From an uncultured bacterium (GTDB lineage Bacteria; Calescibacteriota; Calescibacteriia; Calescibacteriales; Calescibacteriaceae): DNA of 64,000 nt. The notes under the pieces were generated by a model. That model had not been told where the DNA came from and searched no databases. It saw only the letters and a list, made by a program, of their open reading frames with translations. Both the position numbers and the translations under genes were made by a program. Of the stretch, positions 29,050 through 38,699 are shown piece by piece (positions within the stretch are counted from its first letter, which is position 1; the number at the start of each line of letters is the position of its first letter). Location: NCBI GenBank assembly GCA_964601505.1, contig CAZRNR010000006.1, positions 2,515 through 66,514 on the forward strand. Reading direction: 5' to 3'.

Positions 29050-29876
29050 GATCTCACTATAGTTTCTTTTAGAATATTGGGTGCTATCTTCGTATAAATT
29101 TCGGTTGTGGAAAGATTTGAATGTCCAAGCATTACCTGAACATTCCTTATATTCATCCCTCTTTGAACAAGATGTGTAGCAAAACTATGACGCAAAAGAT
29201 GAGGATACAATCCATATCTTTTCAGAATTAACCATACTCCTTGCCTTGTTATTTTCTTTCCTTTAGCGTTTGTTATCAGATAGTCAGTTTTTGGATTGAT
29301 TTTTCTCCTTTCATCTAAATAAATTGGAACTATCTTTTTAGCTTCAGTGCTTATTGGGATAAATCTCTGCTTTCTACCCTTCCCCTCTACCTTTATTATA
29401 TCTTTTTCCGTAATATCATTTACCTTGAGATTTACAAGTTCAGACACTCTGAGACCAGAACCATATAAGAGTTCAAGTATAAGTCTATCTCTTACGCTTT
29501 CAAATCCAGAAATTGGTATTCCTTCTATTTTTGATGTGATCTCCGACTCATCTGGAACCTTCGGTATTTCTCTTGAATCCTTGAGATTTTTTATTTTTTT
29601 GATTTTCTTCAGTAGTTCTGTTTCATTTTTCTGTCTCGCAATAAATTTGAGATAGCATCGCAAAGCTGATAATTTCCTGTTTATACTCGTTGTATCATAA
29701 AACTCTTTCATTCTGTTGATCAGTGTTTCAACATCTCTTTCATCTATTTCCCTAAAGCTTTTTTCATTGAGCATTTCCTTTATGTCCTTCAGGTCTTTTA
29801 TATATGATTGAGTCGTGTTTTCACTTCTTCCCAGAACAAAATAAAGATAACTCTCAAACTCTTCAAATTCATCCAT
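28995..29876 (-). CDS. tyrosine recombinase, XerC/XerD family
   Basis: 293 aa. An N-terminal SAM-like domain. Catalytic region GLRVSEL ... HLLRHSFATHL ... LGHSNLSTTEIYT. Its 3' end overlaps murG by 55 nt in convergent orientation. Confidence 0.85.
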   Translation of the reverse strand: MDEFEEFESYLYFVLGRSENTTQSYIKDLKDIKEMLNEKSFREIDERDVETLINRMKEFYDTTSINRKLSALRCYLKFIARQKNETELLKKIKKIKNLKDSREIPKVPDESEITSKIEGIPISGFESVRDRLILELLYGSGLRVSELVNLKVNDITEKDIIKVEGKGRKQRFIPISTEAKKIVPIYLDERRKINPKTDYLITNAKGKKITRQGVWLILKRYGLYPHLLRHSFATHLVQRGMNIRNVQVMLGHSNLSTTEIYTKIAPNILKETIVRSHPLSRTKFKIRNEPSST

Positions 29877-29937
29877 TTTCTAAAATTTTAAAAATGTGTA
29901 TTTGATCTCCGCTATCATATCTCACTAAACTTAATGT

Positions 29938-30693
29938 ATGAGCATTCTACAGGTGAAGAACATAGAAACTGTTTATTACGATAGGCTTTATATCTTAAAA
30001 GGGATTTCTCTTGACGTGAATGAAGGCGAGATAAGAGTCGTGCTTGGTCCAAACGGAGCAGGGAAAACAACGCTTGCCAAAACTATAGCAGGGCTAATAA
30101 AAGATCAGCCACGCAAGGGCGAAATCATATTTGAAGGAAAGAACATAGAAAGGAAAGAAGCAGACAAGATAGCTCGTATGGGAATCATACTTGTTCCAGA
30201 AGATAGAGGAGTTTTTCCTGAATTGACAGTTGAAGAGAACCTGAAGATTTCCGGATGGAGTAAAGGGAAAGACGAATGGATATTTGATATATTTCCGAAT
30301 CTCAAGGCTAAGATGAATGAGATAGCGAACAATCTATCTGGTGGCGAGCAACAAATGGCTGCTATTGCCAGAGCTATAATGAAAAAGCCAAAACTTTTAA
30401 TTTTAGATGAACCTTCTCTTGGCCTTTCTCCAAAACTTGCTTATGAGCTTTTCCTGACTCTCCGCAAACTCAATGAAGACCTAAAAATAACCATGCTTAT
30501 CGTTGAACAGAATGCTAGAATGTCCATTGAAATATGTCATTATGGGTATATTATGGAAAACGGAAAATTCGTTTTTGAGGGAAAATCAGAAGATCTAAAA
30601 GACAATGAACTTGTAAAAGAGCTTTATCTTGGTGGTAGCATAAAAAAACCAGAAAAAGGATGGAAACTCTACAAAACCAAAAGAAGATGGTAA
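29938..30693 (+). CDS. ABC transporter ATP-binding protein (LivF-like), orphan
   Basis: 251 aa. Walker A GPNGAGKTT, signature LSGGEQQM, Walker B LILDEPS. No permease or binding-protein gene is adjacent. Confidence 0.85.
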   Translation: MSILQVKNIETVYYDRLYILKGISLDVNEGEIRVVLGPNGAGKTTLAKTIAGLIKDQPRKGEIIFEGKNIERKEADKIARMGIILVPEDRGVFPELTVEENLKISGWSKGKDEWIFDIFPNLKAKMNEIANNLSGGEQQMAAIARAIMKKPKLLILDEPSLGLSPKLAYELFLTLRKLNEDLKITMLIVEQNARMSIEICHYGYIMENGKFVFEGKSEDLKDNELVKELYLGGSIKKPEKGWKLYKTKRRW

Positions 30694-30748
30694 TGAGATT
30701 TTGCGAAAGTTGTGATTTTTCTTCTTTATAAACTATAAAACCTATCAT

Positions 30749-31522
30749 ATGAAGCTTTGGTTTTCAAAGTATCAAGCTCTTGGGAACGACTTTTTAGTTG
30801 TAGATCTGAGAGTTCCACAGGGAGGGGATAATCTTTCTTTATCGGATTTTGCAAAGAAATATTGTTCAAGAAACTTCGGCATAGGAGCTGATGGAGTTTT
30901 ATATCTTTTACCGCCATCAAACGATGAGTTTGACTTTAAAATGAGAATATTCAACGCTGATGGATCAGAAGCTGAGATGAGCGGGAACGGAATAAGATGT
31001 CTTGGTCAGTATGTTTTTGACATGCAACTCAAAAAGTCAGATCAGATAGTCTTTGAAACAAAAGCTGGGAAAAGAGTTGTTCAGAAATCAGAAAATGGTC
31101 TTAAGGTTGATATGGGTAATCCAACAATTCTATCAGATTTTAAATTTGAGGGTTTAGAAGGTGTAAGAGTAGATACAGGCAATCCACACATTGTGTTTTT
31201 TGGTAATTTTTCGCGCGAAAAATTCTTAGACATTGGGTCAAGGGTATCCAAAGAGTTCAATTCTAATGTAGAGTTTGCGAACGTAATTTCGGTGTCTGAA
31301 GTCAATGCTTGGGTTTGGGAAAGAGGTGTAGGAGAAACTCTTGCTTGCGGGACAGGAGCTACAGCTATAACCAAAGCCGGTGTTGAAAAAGGTCTTCTTC
31401 ATAAAGGTCAGAAGGTAAAAATAAAATTTTTAGGTGGAGAGCTATATACCATAATACAAGATTATAATGTCTTTATAGAAGGAAAAGCTAACTATGTATT
31501 TTCTGGCTATGTAGATTTGTGA
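30749..31522 (+). CDS. dapF: diaminopimelate epimerase
   Basis: 257 aa. YQALGNDF, the SGNGIRC and ACGTGATA catalytic Cys motifs. Confidence 0.9.
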   Translation: MKLWFSKYQALGNDFLVVDLRVPQGGDNLSLSDFAKKYCSRNFGIGADGVLYLLPPSNDEFDFKMRIFNADGSEAEMSGNGIRCLGQYVFDMQLKKSDQIVFETKAGKRVVQKSENGLKVDMGNPTILSDFKFEGLEGVRVDTGNPHIVFFGNFSREKFLDIGSRVSKEFNSNVEFANVISVSEVNAWVWERGVGETLACGTGATAITKAGVEKGLLHKGQKVKIKFLGGELYTIIQDYNVFIEGKANYVFSGYVDL

Positions 31523-31527
31523 GATTT

Positions 31528-32217
31528 ATGGCAAAGCAGAAAAAAGAGGAAGCACTTAAAGATGTAAATAAAAGCGAAGGAGGCACAATTCAAACCGAAC
31601 AAGAAACGCATCTGAAAGAAAATGAAGAACAACCTAAAGAGAACAAAGGTGATGCATATGATGTAGAGGTTGAAATAAAAAAAGATTTAGAAAAAGAGTC
31701 TGAATTGAACCCAGCAAAACTTGTAGAAGAAAACATATCCTTGAAGATCCAGATAGAAGAGCTTAAGAACCAGGTCAACGAATTCAAGCAAAAGTGGATA
31801 TATACATTTTCGGAATACGAAAACTATAGGCGTAGAGTCAAAAACGAGATAGAATCAGAGGTCAGAAACAGGATTTCAAAAATAATAGAGAACTTCATTG
31901 AAGCAGTAGATAGTATAGAGTCTGCGATGAAATACATAAGCGATGAGAACACCCTGGCAGGGATAAAGCTTATAAGGGACATCATAGAAAAAGCAATGGA
32001 AAGGAGCGGAGCTAAAAAAATCGATCTTAAAGAAGGAGATTTGTTCGATCCAGCAAAATGTGAAGTAATAGATTTCATGGAATGCGATAAAGAAGAGGAT
32101 GACAAAAAAATAGCAAAGGTCGCATCGGTAGGCTTTGAATTCGAAGGTAGAATCATAAGACCGGTAAGAGTTATAGTTTGGAAGAAAAAGCAGGAACAAA
32201 AATCTGATGGGAAATAA
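31528..32217 (+). CDS. grpE: nucleotide exchange factor GrpE
   Basis: Acidic N-terminus. YTFSEYENYRRR and the GrpE C-terminal beta domain. I preferred ATG 31528 over the GTG at 31519, which overlaps the dapF stop. The start is uncertain. Confidence 0.85.
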   Translation: MAKQKKEEALKDVNKSEGGTIQTEQETHLKENEEQPKENKGDAYDVEVEIKKDLEKESELNPAKLVEENISLKIQIEELKNQVNEFKQKWIYTFSEYENYRRRVKNEIESEVRNRISKIIENFIEAVDSIESAMKYISDENTLAGIKLIRDIIEKAMERSGAKKIDLKEGDLFDPAKCEVIDFMECDKEEDDKKIAKVASVGFEFEGRIIRPVRVIVWKKKQEQKSDGK

Positions 32218-32908
32218 AAAAAACATAACAGGCGTCGAGGGAACATTTTCCGAACTTCTTGAAATAGTAGATACTTTAAGAAAAGAGTGTCCATGGGACA
32301 GAGAACAAAAGGTTGAAGATATAAAGTTTAAGTTAGTAGAAGAATCCTATGAGGCTATTGATAGGTTTGATAAAGGAGACCTAGAGGGGTTCGCGTCTGA
32401 ACTTGGAGATGTTCTTTTGGTTGTTCTCTTTATGATAAGAATAATGCAGGATGAAGGGAAGTTTGATTACAAGTATGTTCTGAAAAAACTGATTCACAAG
32501 CTAATAGAGAGACACCCACATGTTTTTGGGGAGAAAAAATTGGATAACGCGAAGGATGTTCTGAGAAACTGGGAGAATATGAAAGGGAAAATAAAAAAGG
32601 ATGATTTTAACATATCTATGCCATCCCTTTACCTTATTTACAGAATCATCGAAAAGATAAGGAACAAGCTTGGGAGTGTTGAGGATCTCAAGGAGAGATT
32701 TAAGGTTGATAGGATTGACAATTCTGATATTCCAGAATTGATTTTCAGGTATAGCGTTTTGTGCGCTCTTGACGGTATAAATTTAGAGGATGAGATGAGA
32801 AAAAGAGCCATCCAGATCATTGAGAAATTAGAAAATAGTGAAGACTTTCTTGTGGATAGTCTTTTCAATACAAATAATCCAAAACCTAAAAAATCCTTGG
32901 AATCGTGA
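32207..32908 (+). CDS. mazG: nucleoside triphosphate pyrophosphohydrolase MazG
   Basis: 233 aa. LRKECPWDREQ, EESYEAID, ELGDVLL, IERHPHVF. Confidence 0.9.
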   Translation: MGNKKNITGVEGTFSELLEIVDTLRKECPWDREQKVEDIKFKLVEESYEAIDRFDKGDLEGFASELGDVLLVVLFMIRIMQDEGKFDYKYVLKKLIHKLIERHPHVFGEKKLDNAKDVLRNWENMKGKIKKDDFNISMPSLYLIYRIIEKIRNKLGSVEDLKERFKVDRIDNSDIPELIFRYSVLCALDGINLEDEMRKRAIQIIEKLENSEDFLVDSLFNTNNPKPKKSLES

Positions 32909-33110
32909 ACTACTCCATCTTATAGAAGATGGAGCTTCCTGCTTCAACGAGGCTCATAGGCCTCTCCACAGTTCGGGACGTCCCTACCCTACCACCCTTG
33001 ACAACCCTTTGGTTATCAGGGTTATAATTATAATCAGAAACTGACTTCTTGTCAAATTCTTGAAATTCATCTCCACACCGTAGAGAATGGAGACTTCTTG
33101 CAAGATTCAG
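32905..33110. repeat. 206-nt structured repeat, copy A (more degenerate copy)
   Basis: Aligns end to end with 52395-52600, with scattered substitutions and three small indels. Starts inside the mazG stop codon. 22-nt hairpins at 32913-32934 and 33071-33092. Confidence 0.8.
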
Positions 33111-33207
33111 GTGAAATCTTCTAATCTCCTTAACAAAAACAAAAATAAATAACAAGACAAAACTGAATTTTCCAACTTAAATATAAAAGAATAGAAAATA
33201 AGATAAT

Positions 33208-35712
33208 ATGCATCAGGATAACAGAGATATCATATTCACCGATGAAGATGAAGAAGACCAGGGGAAAGGCGAACAGATACAATCATCTTTGGCAAAAATC
33301 TCTGAAACTGAAATAGGTAAGTTTAAAGAAGATATACCAGTTCCAGTTATAACTTTGTTTGGTAATCCAGTTTTCCCGGGAGCACTTTCACCCGTTTCAA
33401 TAACAGATGAAGATACAATATCTGCAGTGGAGCAAGCCATTTCATCACATAGGTTTGTATTTGCAACTATAATAAAAGACAATCCAAAAAGTCCAAAAGA
33501 CATAGAAAGCTTTGGAACAATCTGTTTCATAGCAAGAAGTGGGAGAGGACCAGATGGAATATACAGGGTATTGCTATTTGGACAAGCGAGAGCCAAGATT
33601 GAAAACTTTGTACGAGAGATCCCACCACTCCTTGTCAGAGTGAAAATCCTTGAAGACAAAAGACCTTTGATATTTGACCCTGAACTTGAAGCTTATACGA
33701 GGGAAGTAATCTCAATGTTTATAGAATACATATCTTTACTTCCCATCAAACCTCCACCAGAATTTATCGCCTTCTTGAAATCAATAGATATCCCGGGAAA
33801 GCTAGCTGACATTATTTCATCAAACCTACCGATCAGAGCTCGTGAGGCTCAGGACCTTATAGAGACAATAGATCAAAGGGAAAGGATGAGAAAACTACTC
33901 TCAATTTTACTTAGGGAGAAAGAAATCACCAAAGTGAGATCAGAAATATCAAAGCGAATAGGCGAAAAGATAGAAAGGGCTCAGAAAGTAAGGCTACTTC
34001 ATGAAGAAATGGAAGAAATAAGAAAAGAAATTGAAAGATTGGAGGGCCAAAAAAAAGACGACCTTGAAGAGTTTAGAGAGAAGGCTCAAAAGATTCCAGA
34101 ACAAGCAAGAAAAGAAGTACTAAGGCAGGTAGATAGACTTGCGTCTATACCAACAGAATCCCCAGAATATATTGTTATAAGAAACTGGGTTGAGGAAGTA
34201 TTAGCTTTACCGTGGACGGAAGAGACAGAAGATAAACTTGATATAAAAAGAGCAAAGGAAGTTCTTGATGAAGACCATTGGGACCTGGAAGATGTTAAGG
34301 ACAGAATAATTGAATTTCTATCAGTTGGGGTACTAAAAAATGAGATACCAAAGGGGACAATACTGTGCCTGATAGGTCCTCCAGGTGTCGGCAAGACATC
34401 ACTTGGAAGATCTATAGCGAGAGCTCTTGGAAGAAAATTTGTAAGAGTTTCACTCGGTGGAGTCAGAGATGAAGCAGAAATAAGAGGGCACAGAAGAACA
34501 TATATAGGAGCCATGCCTGGTAGAATAATTACGGGGATGAAGCAAGCCGGGTCAAAAAATCCAGTCTTTATGCTTGATGAGATAGATAAAATGTCCTTTG
34601 ACTTTAGAGGAGACCCTGCTGCCGCACTGCTTGAGGTTCTGGACCCAGAACAAAACAACGCCTTCGTAGATCACTACATCTCTGTTCCCTTTGATCTTTC
34701 AAAAGTTCTTTTCATCACAACAGCTAATGTTGCAGAGAATATCCCAGGACCTCTGCTTGACAGGATGGAGGTTATATATATCCCCGGATATACAGACCTT
34801 GACAAACTCAACATAGCAAAAAAGTATTTCATACCTAAAGCACTTGAGAACACTGGACTCAAAGGTAAATATGAGATAGAAATGAAAGATGAAGCAATTC
34901 TAAAGATCATAAGAGAATACACCTACGAAGCAGGTGTTAGAGAACTTTCAAGAAAAATAGACTCCCTCTTTAGGAAGATAGGGAGAAACATTTTATCAGG
35001 TGAAGGAATTATAAGCAACGGTAAAACCGAGGTTTCAGCTGATATCGTTGGTAAGCTTCTTGGTCCCCCTACCTTCATAAACTCTGAGGAGGTATCTGGA
35101 GCTTCCATTGGTGTAGCTACCGGTCTTGCTTGGACACCAGCTGGTGGTGATATAATGAAAATAGAAGCTGCATTGATACCTGGGAAGAGTGAAATCCACC
35201 TTACAGGAAGCTTAGGAAATGTCATGAAAGAGTCCGCAGAGGCAGGAATAACTTATGCACGAGTTAATGCGAAAAATCTCGGAATAGATCAGAAAAAATT
35301 CAATAATTTCGGAATACATATTCATGTTCCGGAAGGAGCTGTTCCAAAAGATGGGCCATCTGCCGGAGTGACAATTTGTGTTGCGCTCGTTTCTACACTA
35401 TCTGGTAAACCAGTAAAGCAAGATATAAGTATGACAGGAGAAATAACGCTAAGAGGAAAAATTCTTCCTGTCGGTGGTATAAGAGAAAAAGTGTTAGCTG
35501 CCTACAGATTCGGTATTAAGGAAGTTATCCTCCCCTACGACAACTTTAGAGATCTTGAAAAAATTCCTCAAGAAGTAAAGGAAAAAATGAAATTTCATCT
35601 GGTAAAGCATCTTGATGAAGTATGGGAAAAGGTTTTTATTAAAAACCCAAAAAACAACAATAGCAATAAATTGCATAAAGCTCTCAAGAAGAAAAAATCT
35701 AAAAAGCGATAA
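33208..35712 (+). CDS. lon: ATP-dependent Lon protease (LonA)
   Basis: 834 aa. Walker A GPPGVGKTS, Walker B MLDEIDK, catalytic Ser in PKDGPSAGVT, catalytic Lys in GGIREKV. Ends in a Lys-rich tail. Confidence 0.95.
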   Translation: MHQDNRDIIFTDEDEEDQGKGEQIQSSLAKISETEIGKFKEDIPVPVITLFGNPVFPGALSPVSITDEDTISAVEQAISSHRFVFATIIKDNPKSPKDIESFGTICFIARSGRGPDGIYRVLLFGQARAKIENFVREIPPLLVRVKILEDKRPLIFDPELEAYTREVISMFIEYISLLPIKPPPEFIAFLKSIDIPGKLADIISSNLPIRAREAQDLIETIDQRERMRKLLSILLREKEITKVRSEISKRIGEKIERAQKVRLLHEEMEEIRKEIERLEGQKKDDLEEFREKAQKIPEQARKEVLRQVDRLASIPTESPEYIVIRNWVEEVLALPWTEETEDKLDIKRAKEVLDEDHWDLEDVKDRIIEFLSVGVLKNEIPKGTILCLIGPPGVGKTSLGRSIARALGRKFVRVSLGGVRDEAEIRGHRRTYIGAMPGRIITGMKQAGSKNPVFMLDEIDKMSFDFRGDPAAALLEVLDPEQNNAFVDHYISVPFDLSKVLFITTANVAENIPGPLLDRMEVIYIPGYTDLDKLNIAKKYFIPKALENTGLKGKYEIEMKDEAILKIIREYTYEAGVRELSRKIDSLFRKIGRNILSGEGIISNGKTEVSADIVGKLLGPPTFINSEEVSGASIGVATGLAWTPAGGDIMKIEAALIPGKSEIHLTGSLGNVMKESAEAGITYARVNAKNLGIDQKKFNNFGIHIHVPEGAVPKDGPSAGVTICVALVSTLSGKPVKQDISMTGEITLRGKILPVGGIREKVLAAYRFGIKEVILPYDNFRDLEKIPQEVKEKMKFHLVKHLDEVWEKVFIKNPKNNNSNKLHKALKKKKSKKR

Positions 35713-35766
35713 ATAAAATCTGAAAATATTGAAGAGAAATAAAAAAAGCGAATAAACAGAAAGATA

Positions 35767-36105
35767 ATGAGACAGAAAAAAATCATAGCGCTTAATGTAG
35801 GAATGCTTCTGCTATATTTTATAACACAGAGTTATATTCCTCTTGTTATCGCATTAATATTTTCCGCCCTTGAAACCTTCAGTGAAAAAATATCTGAAAA
35901 AGTTTTTTTCATCGTTGAAAAAACCTTGAAAGAGATCGGAAACATATTGTTCAACTTCATCTTACTTCTTGCTTTCTACCTCATTATCACCCCAACTGGT
36001 ATGATGTGGAAAGCATTTTCCAAAAAAGATAAAAAAGACCAAAAATCTTATTTCAAAGAAGTTAATAAATCTTTTAAGTTATCAGATTTTGAAAGGCAAT
36101 TCTGA
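35767..36105 (+). CDS. small membrane protein, SxtJ-like
   Basis: 112 aa with two hydrophobic helices. The FYLIITPTGMMWKAFSKKD ... KSYF pattern resembles the SxtJ family by eye. Confidence 0.45.
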   Translation: MRQKKIIALNVGMLLLYFITQSYIPLVIALIFSALETFSEKISEKVFFIVEKTLKEIGNILFNFILLLAFYLIITPTGMMWKAFSKKDKKDQKSYFKEVNKSFKLSDFERQF

Positions 36106-36163
36106 TTTATCTCATATTTTAGACATTAATGAAATTTTCCCAAAGCATATATAAGTTCAAAAC

Positions 36164-37078
36164 ATGATCGATATTTCAAGCAAAATAAAAACAGAGAGAA
36201 TAGCTAAGGCACAAGCCTCTGTGGAGATCTCACCTGAAACCTTGAAAATTATAAAGGAAGGTAGAGTTCCCAAAGGGGATGTGTTTGAAGTTTCTCGTGC
36301 TACCTCGATTCTATCGGCAAAAAAGACCTCAGAGATTTTGCCATTCTGCCACAATATACCGATTGAATGGGTTGATGTCAAGTTTGAAATCAAAAACAAT
36401 TCTATCCTGATAGAAACCACGGTGAAATCTGTGTCAAAGACTGGATGTGAGATGGAAGCTCTTTTTGCTGCTTCTGTTTGTGCCCTCAACATATATGATA
36501 TGCTCAAACCAATTGACAAACAGATAAGAATAACAGATATAAAAATCGTAGAGAAAAAAGGGGGAAAATCTGATTTCGTTGAAGAAATACCTGAAAACTT
36601 CAAGTCCGCAGTTCTTGTAATATCAGACTCTGTCTATTCTGGTAAAAAGCAAGATAAATCTGGCAAAATAATTGTTGAAAAGCTAAAAGAAATTGGAATA
36701 AAAAGTGTAGAATATAAAATAGTTCCGGACGAAGCAGATCAGATATCAAAAGAGATACTCAATTGGTGCGATAGAGGCTTTGATCTTATACTGACAACTG
36801 GAGGAACTGGACTATCTCCAAGAGATACCACGCCGGAAGCAGTAAAACCACTGATTGAAAAAGAGATACCAGCTATCATGGAGGCCTCAAGAGCTTATGG
36901 TCAAGAAAGAACACCCTACTCTATGCTTTCAAGAGGGATAGCAGGTGTGAGAGGAAAAACACTAATAATAACTCTTCCCGGATCTTCACGCGGAGCAGAA
37001 GAATCCATGAACTCACTGTTCCCATACGTCCTACACATATTCAGGATGATGAAAATGGGAAAACACAAAGAAAGTTGA
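36164..37078 (+). CDS. moaC: bifunctional molybdenum cofactor biosynthesis protein MoaC / MoaB(MogA-like)
   Basis: 304 aa. The N-terminal half is MoaC-like (KGDVFEVSRATSILSAKKTSEILPFCH ... KTGCEMEAL). The C-terminal half has MoaB/Mog motifs (LILTTGGTGLSPRD). Confidence 0.85.
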   Translation: MIDISSKIKTERIAKAQASVEISPETLKIIKEGRVPKGDVFEVSRATSILSAKKTSEILPFCHNIPIEWVDVKFEIKNNSILIETTVKSVSKTGCEMEALFAASVCALNIYDMLKPIDKQIRITDIKIVEKKGGKSDFVEEIPENFKSAVLVISDSVYSGKKQDKSGKIIVEKLKEIGIKSVEYKIVPDEADQISKEILNWCDRGFDLILTTGGTGLSPRDTTPEAVKPLIEKEIPAIMEASRAYGQERTPYSMLSRGIAGVRGKTLIITLPGSSRGAEESMNSLFPYVLHIFRMMKMGKHKES

Positions 37079-37104
37079 ATGGTTTTATATGAATCCAAGA
37101 TAAA

Positions 37105-38610
37105 TCAATGTCTGAAGCATCTTTTTCCGGTTGTAAAGAGTTTTATTCCAAGTTTCTCTGCGGTTTTTATAACATCGGCATCCCTTATTGAACCTCCAGG
37201 ATGGGCAACGAAAATCTGTGAGTCTGGAAATTTTTCCTTTATCCCAGAATTTATTACCTCTAAAGAATCTGGGAAAGGAAAAAATCCATCTGAAGATACA
37301 AAGAATTTTTCAAACCCATTTCTTCTGTGAGCAGAGATATGCTCACCAAGTTTCTTCAAGGCAAATTCTGCTGAATCAACTCTTGAAGTAAAACCAACAC
37401 CTATTCCCAAAAGTTGAAAACCAGATGTTATAGCAACACAATTTGATTTCCCAAAACGGGCAATTGTATAAGAGAACATAAGTTCCCTTATATCTTCTTG
37501 AGAAAATTCAAATTCGTAAGAAGGTTTAAAATCATTCTCCTGAATATCCTCATCTAAATCACTGTATTTTTCATAAATAAAGCCACCAAGAACACTTTTG
37601 ATCTCCAAAACCTCATTTTTCACAAAATCTTCGCCGAACCTTATTAACCGAGCCTTCTTTGCAGAAAGAATTTCAATAGCTTTATCATCAAAATCAGGAG
37701 CTGCTATAACATCAAAAAATTTTCCTTTCAACTCCTTAGCGATCGCGCCAATCACAGGAAAAGAAACAGCAAGTATTCCACCATAGGCGGATTTCTGATC
37801 TGAATTCCAAGCAAGATTTATTGATTCTATTGGGTTTTCCGAAGACGCAGCACCACATGGAGAACCATGCTTAACTATGCAAGAAGAATAAGTCCCAAGA
37901 ATTCTCCTCAAAGCAAGAGCGCATCTCACTGCAGAATCAGCATCGTAAAGATTATTCAAAGATATATCACCTTTCAAGGACTCAAAATCTGGTAGCCTTC
38001 CACCAACTAAAAGGAAACCTTTTCTATCAGGATTAGTTCCATATCTCAAATCTTTATAAACCTCAAAAACAATCGGGATAAAATCCCAACCAAAGTATTT
38101 GACATAGTTCTCAAGTTGATATTTCAGAACATATCTCGCAGCCTTCCTGTTGAGTTCTTGCAAAAGATCATACGGTATACCCCCCATATTTTTCAACGTA
38201 AGATAAACAATGTTGTAATCTTTTGGTTCAACAACAACGAGAGTTCTATCACCAGCTTTTATCCCTGCTCTTATAAGAGAAACTCCACCGATATCCGGTT
38301 CTATACCCGGGTCATATAGATTAACCACGAGAATATCAAACCTTGATATATTCAATTTTTGAGCTTCTTCATTCGTTGCGAGTATCCTTGCAAATATATC
38401 GGGATGGAGCGTTTTCACTTTACCTCCAAGTATTTCAGGAAATCCTGTTATTTCTGCCAAATATCTAACATTAACTCCCGAACTTTTCAGGTAATCCGCT
38501 GTTCCACCTGTTGCAAATATATCTATACCTAAAGAATCAAGCTTTTTAGCAAAATCATCTATACCTCGTTTATCATAAACAGATATAATAGCAGTTTTTG
38601 CTTTGATCAT
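37105..38610 (-). CDS. purH: bifunctional AICAR formyltransferase / IMP cyclohydrolase
   Basis: 501 aa. N-terminal MGS-like domain (ALISVYDKRGI ... ATGGTA ... GGKVKTLHP) and the AICARFT domain. Confidence 0.92.
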   Translation of the reverse strand: MIKAKTAIISVYDKRGIDDFAKKLDSLGIDIFATGGTADYLKSSGVNVRYLAEITGFPEILGGKVKTLHPDIFARILATNEEAQKLNISRFDILVVNLYDPGIEPDIGGVSLIRAGIKAGDRTLVVVEPKDYNIVYLTLKNMGGIPYDLLQELNRKAARYVLKYQLENYVKYFGWDFIPIVFEVYKDLRYGTNPDRKGFLLVGGRLPDFESLKGDISLNNLYDADSAVRCALALRRILGTYSSCIVKHGSPCGAASSENPIESINLAWNSDQKSAYGGILAVSFPVIGAIAKELKGKFFDVIAAPDFDDKAIEILSAKKARLIRFGEDFVKNEVLEIKSVLGGFIYEKYSDLDEDIQENDFKPSYEFEFSQEDIRELMFSYTIARFGKSNCVAITSGFQLLGIGVGFTSRVDSAEFALKKLGEHISAHRRNGFEKFFVSSDGFFPFPDSLEVINSGIKEKFPDSQIFVAHPGGSIRDADVIKTAEKLGIKLFTTGKRCFRH

Positions 38611-38699
38611 AACAAAGTTAAATCTTCATTTTTCCTGTATCTGAATACTCTAAAAACAGATTTTTTATTCAGAATTCAGCTGAAATCCTGATAACAAAA

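Noticed and set aside
28995-29876. Tyrosine recombinase as a marker of an integrated mobile element.
   Set aside because: It has the XerC/XerD-type N-terminal and catalytic layout. It is flanked by housekeeping genes (murG, an ABC ATPase), is not next to a tRNA gene, and I saw no flanking direct repeats.
32985-33000. T-box-like string AGGGTGGTA on the minus strand of both repeat copies.
   Set aside because: Only 9 nt of the conserved T-box core match, and the following sequence is GGGTAGG rather than CCGCG. No aminoacyl-tRNA synthetase or amino-acid gene lies downstream on that strand at either copy.
32910-33155. The 81-aa minus-strand ORF and the 68-aa plus-strand ORF (32838-33044) across repeat copy A.
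   Set aside because: Neither frame is open in copy B, which is otherwise near-identical. Differences between the copies include non-triplet indels. The element is therefore non-coding.
36106-36163. Possible Moco riboswitch ahead of moaC-moaB.
   Set aside because: Only 58 nt are available upstream, it is AT-rich, and it lacks the conserved stems. That is too short for the ~130-nt Moco motif.
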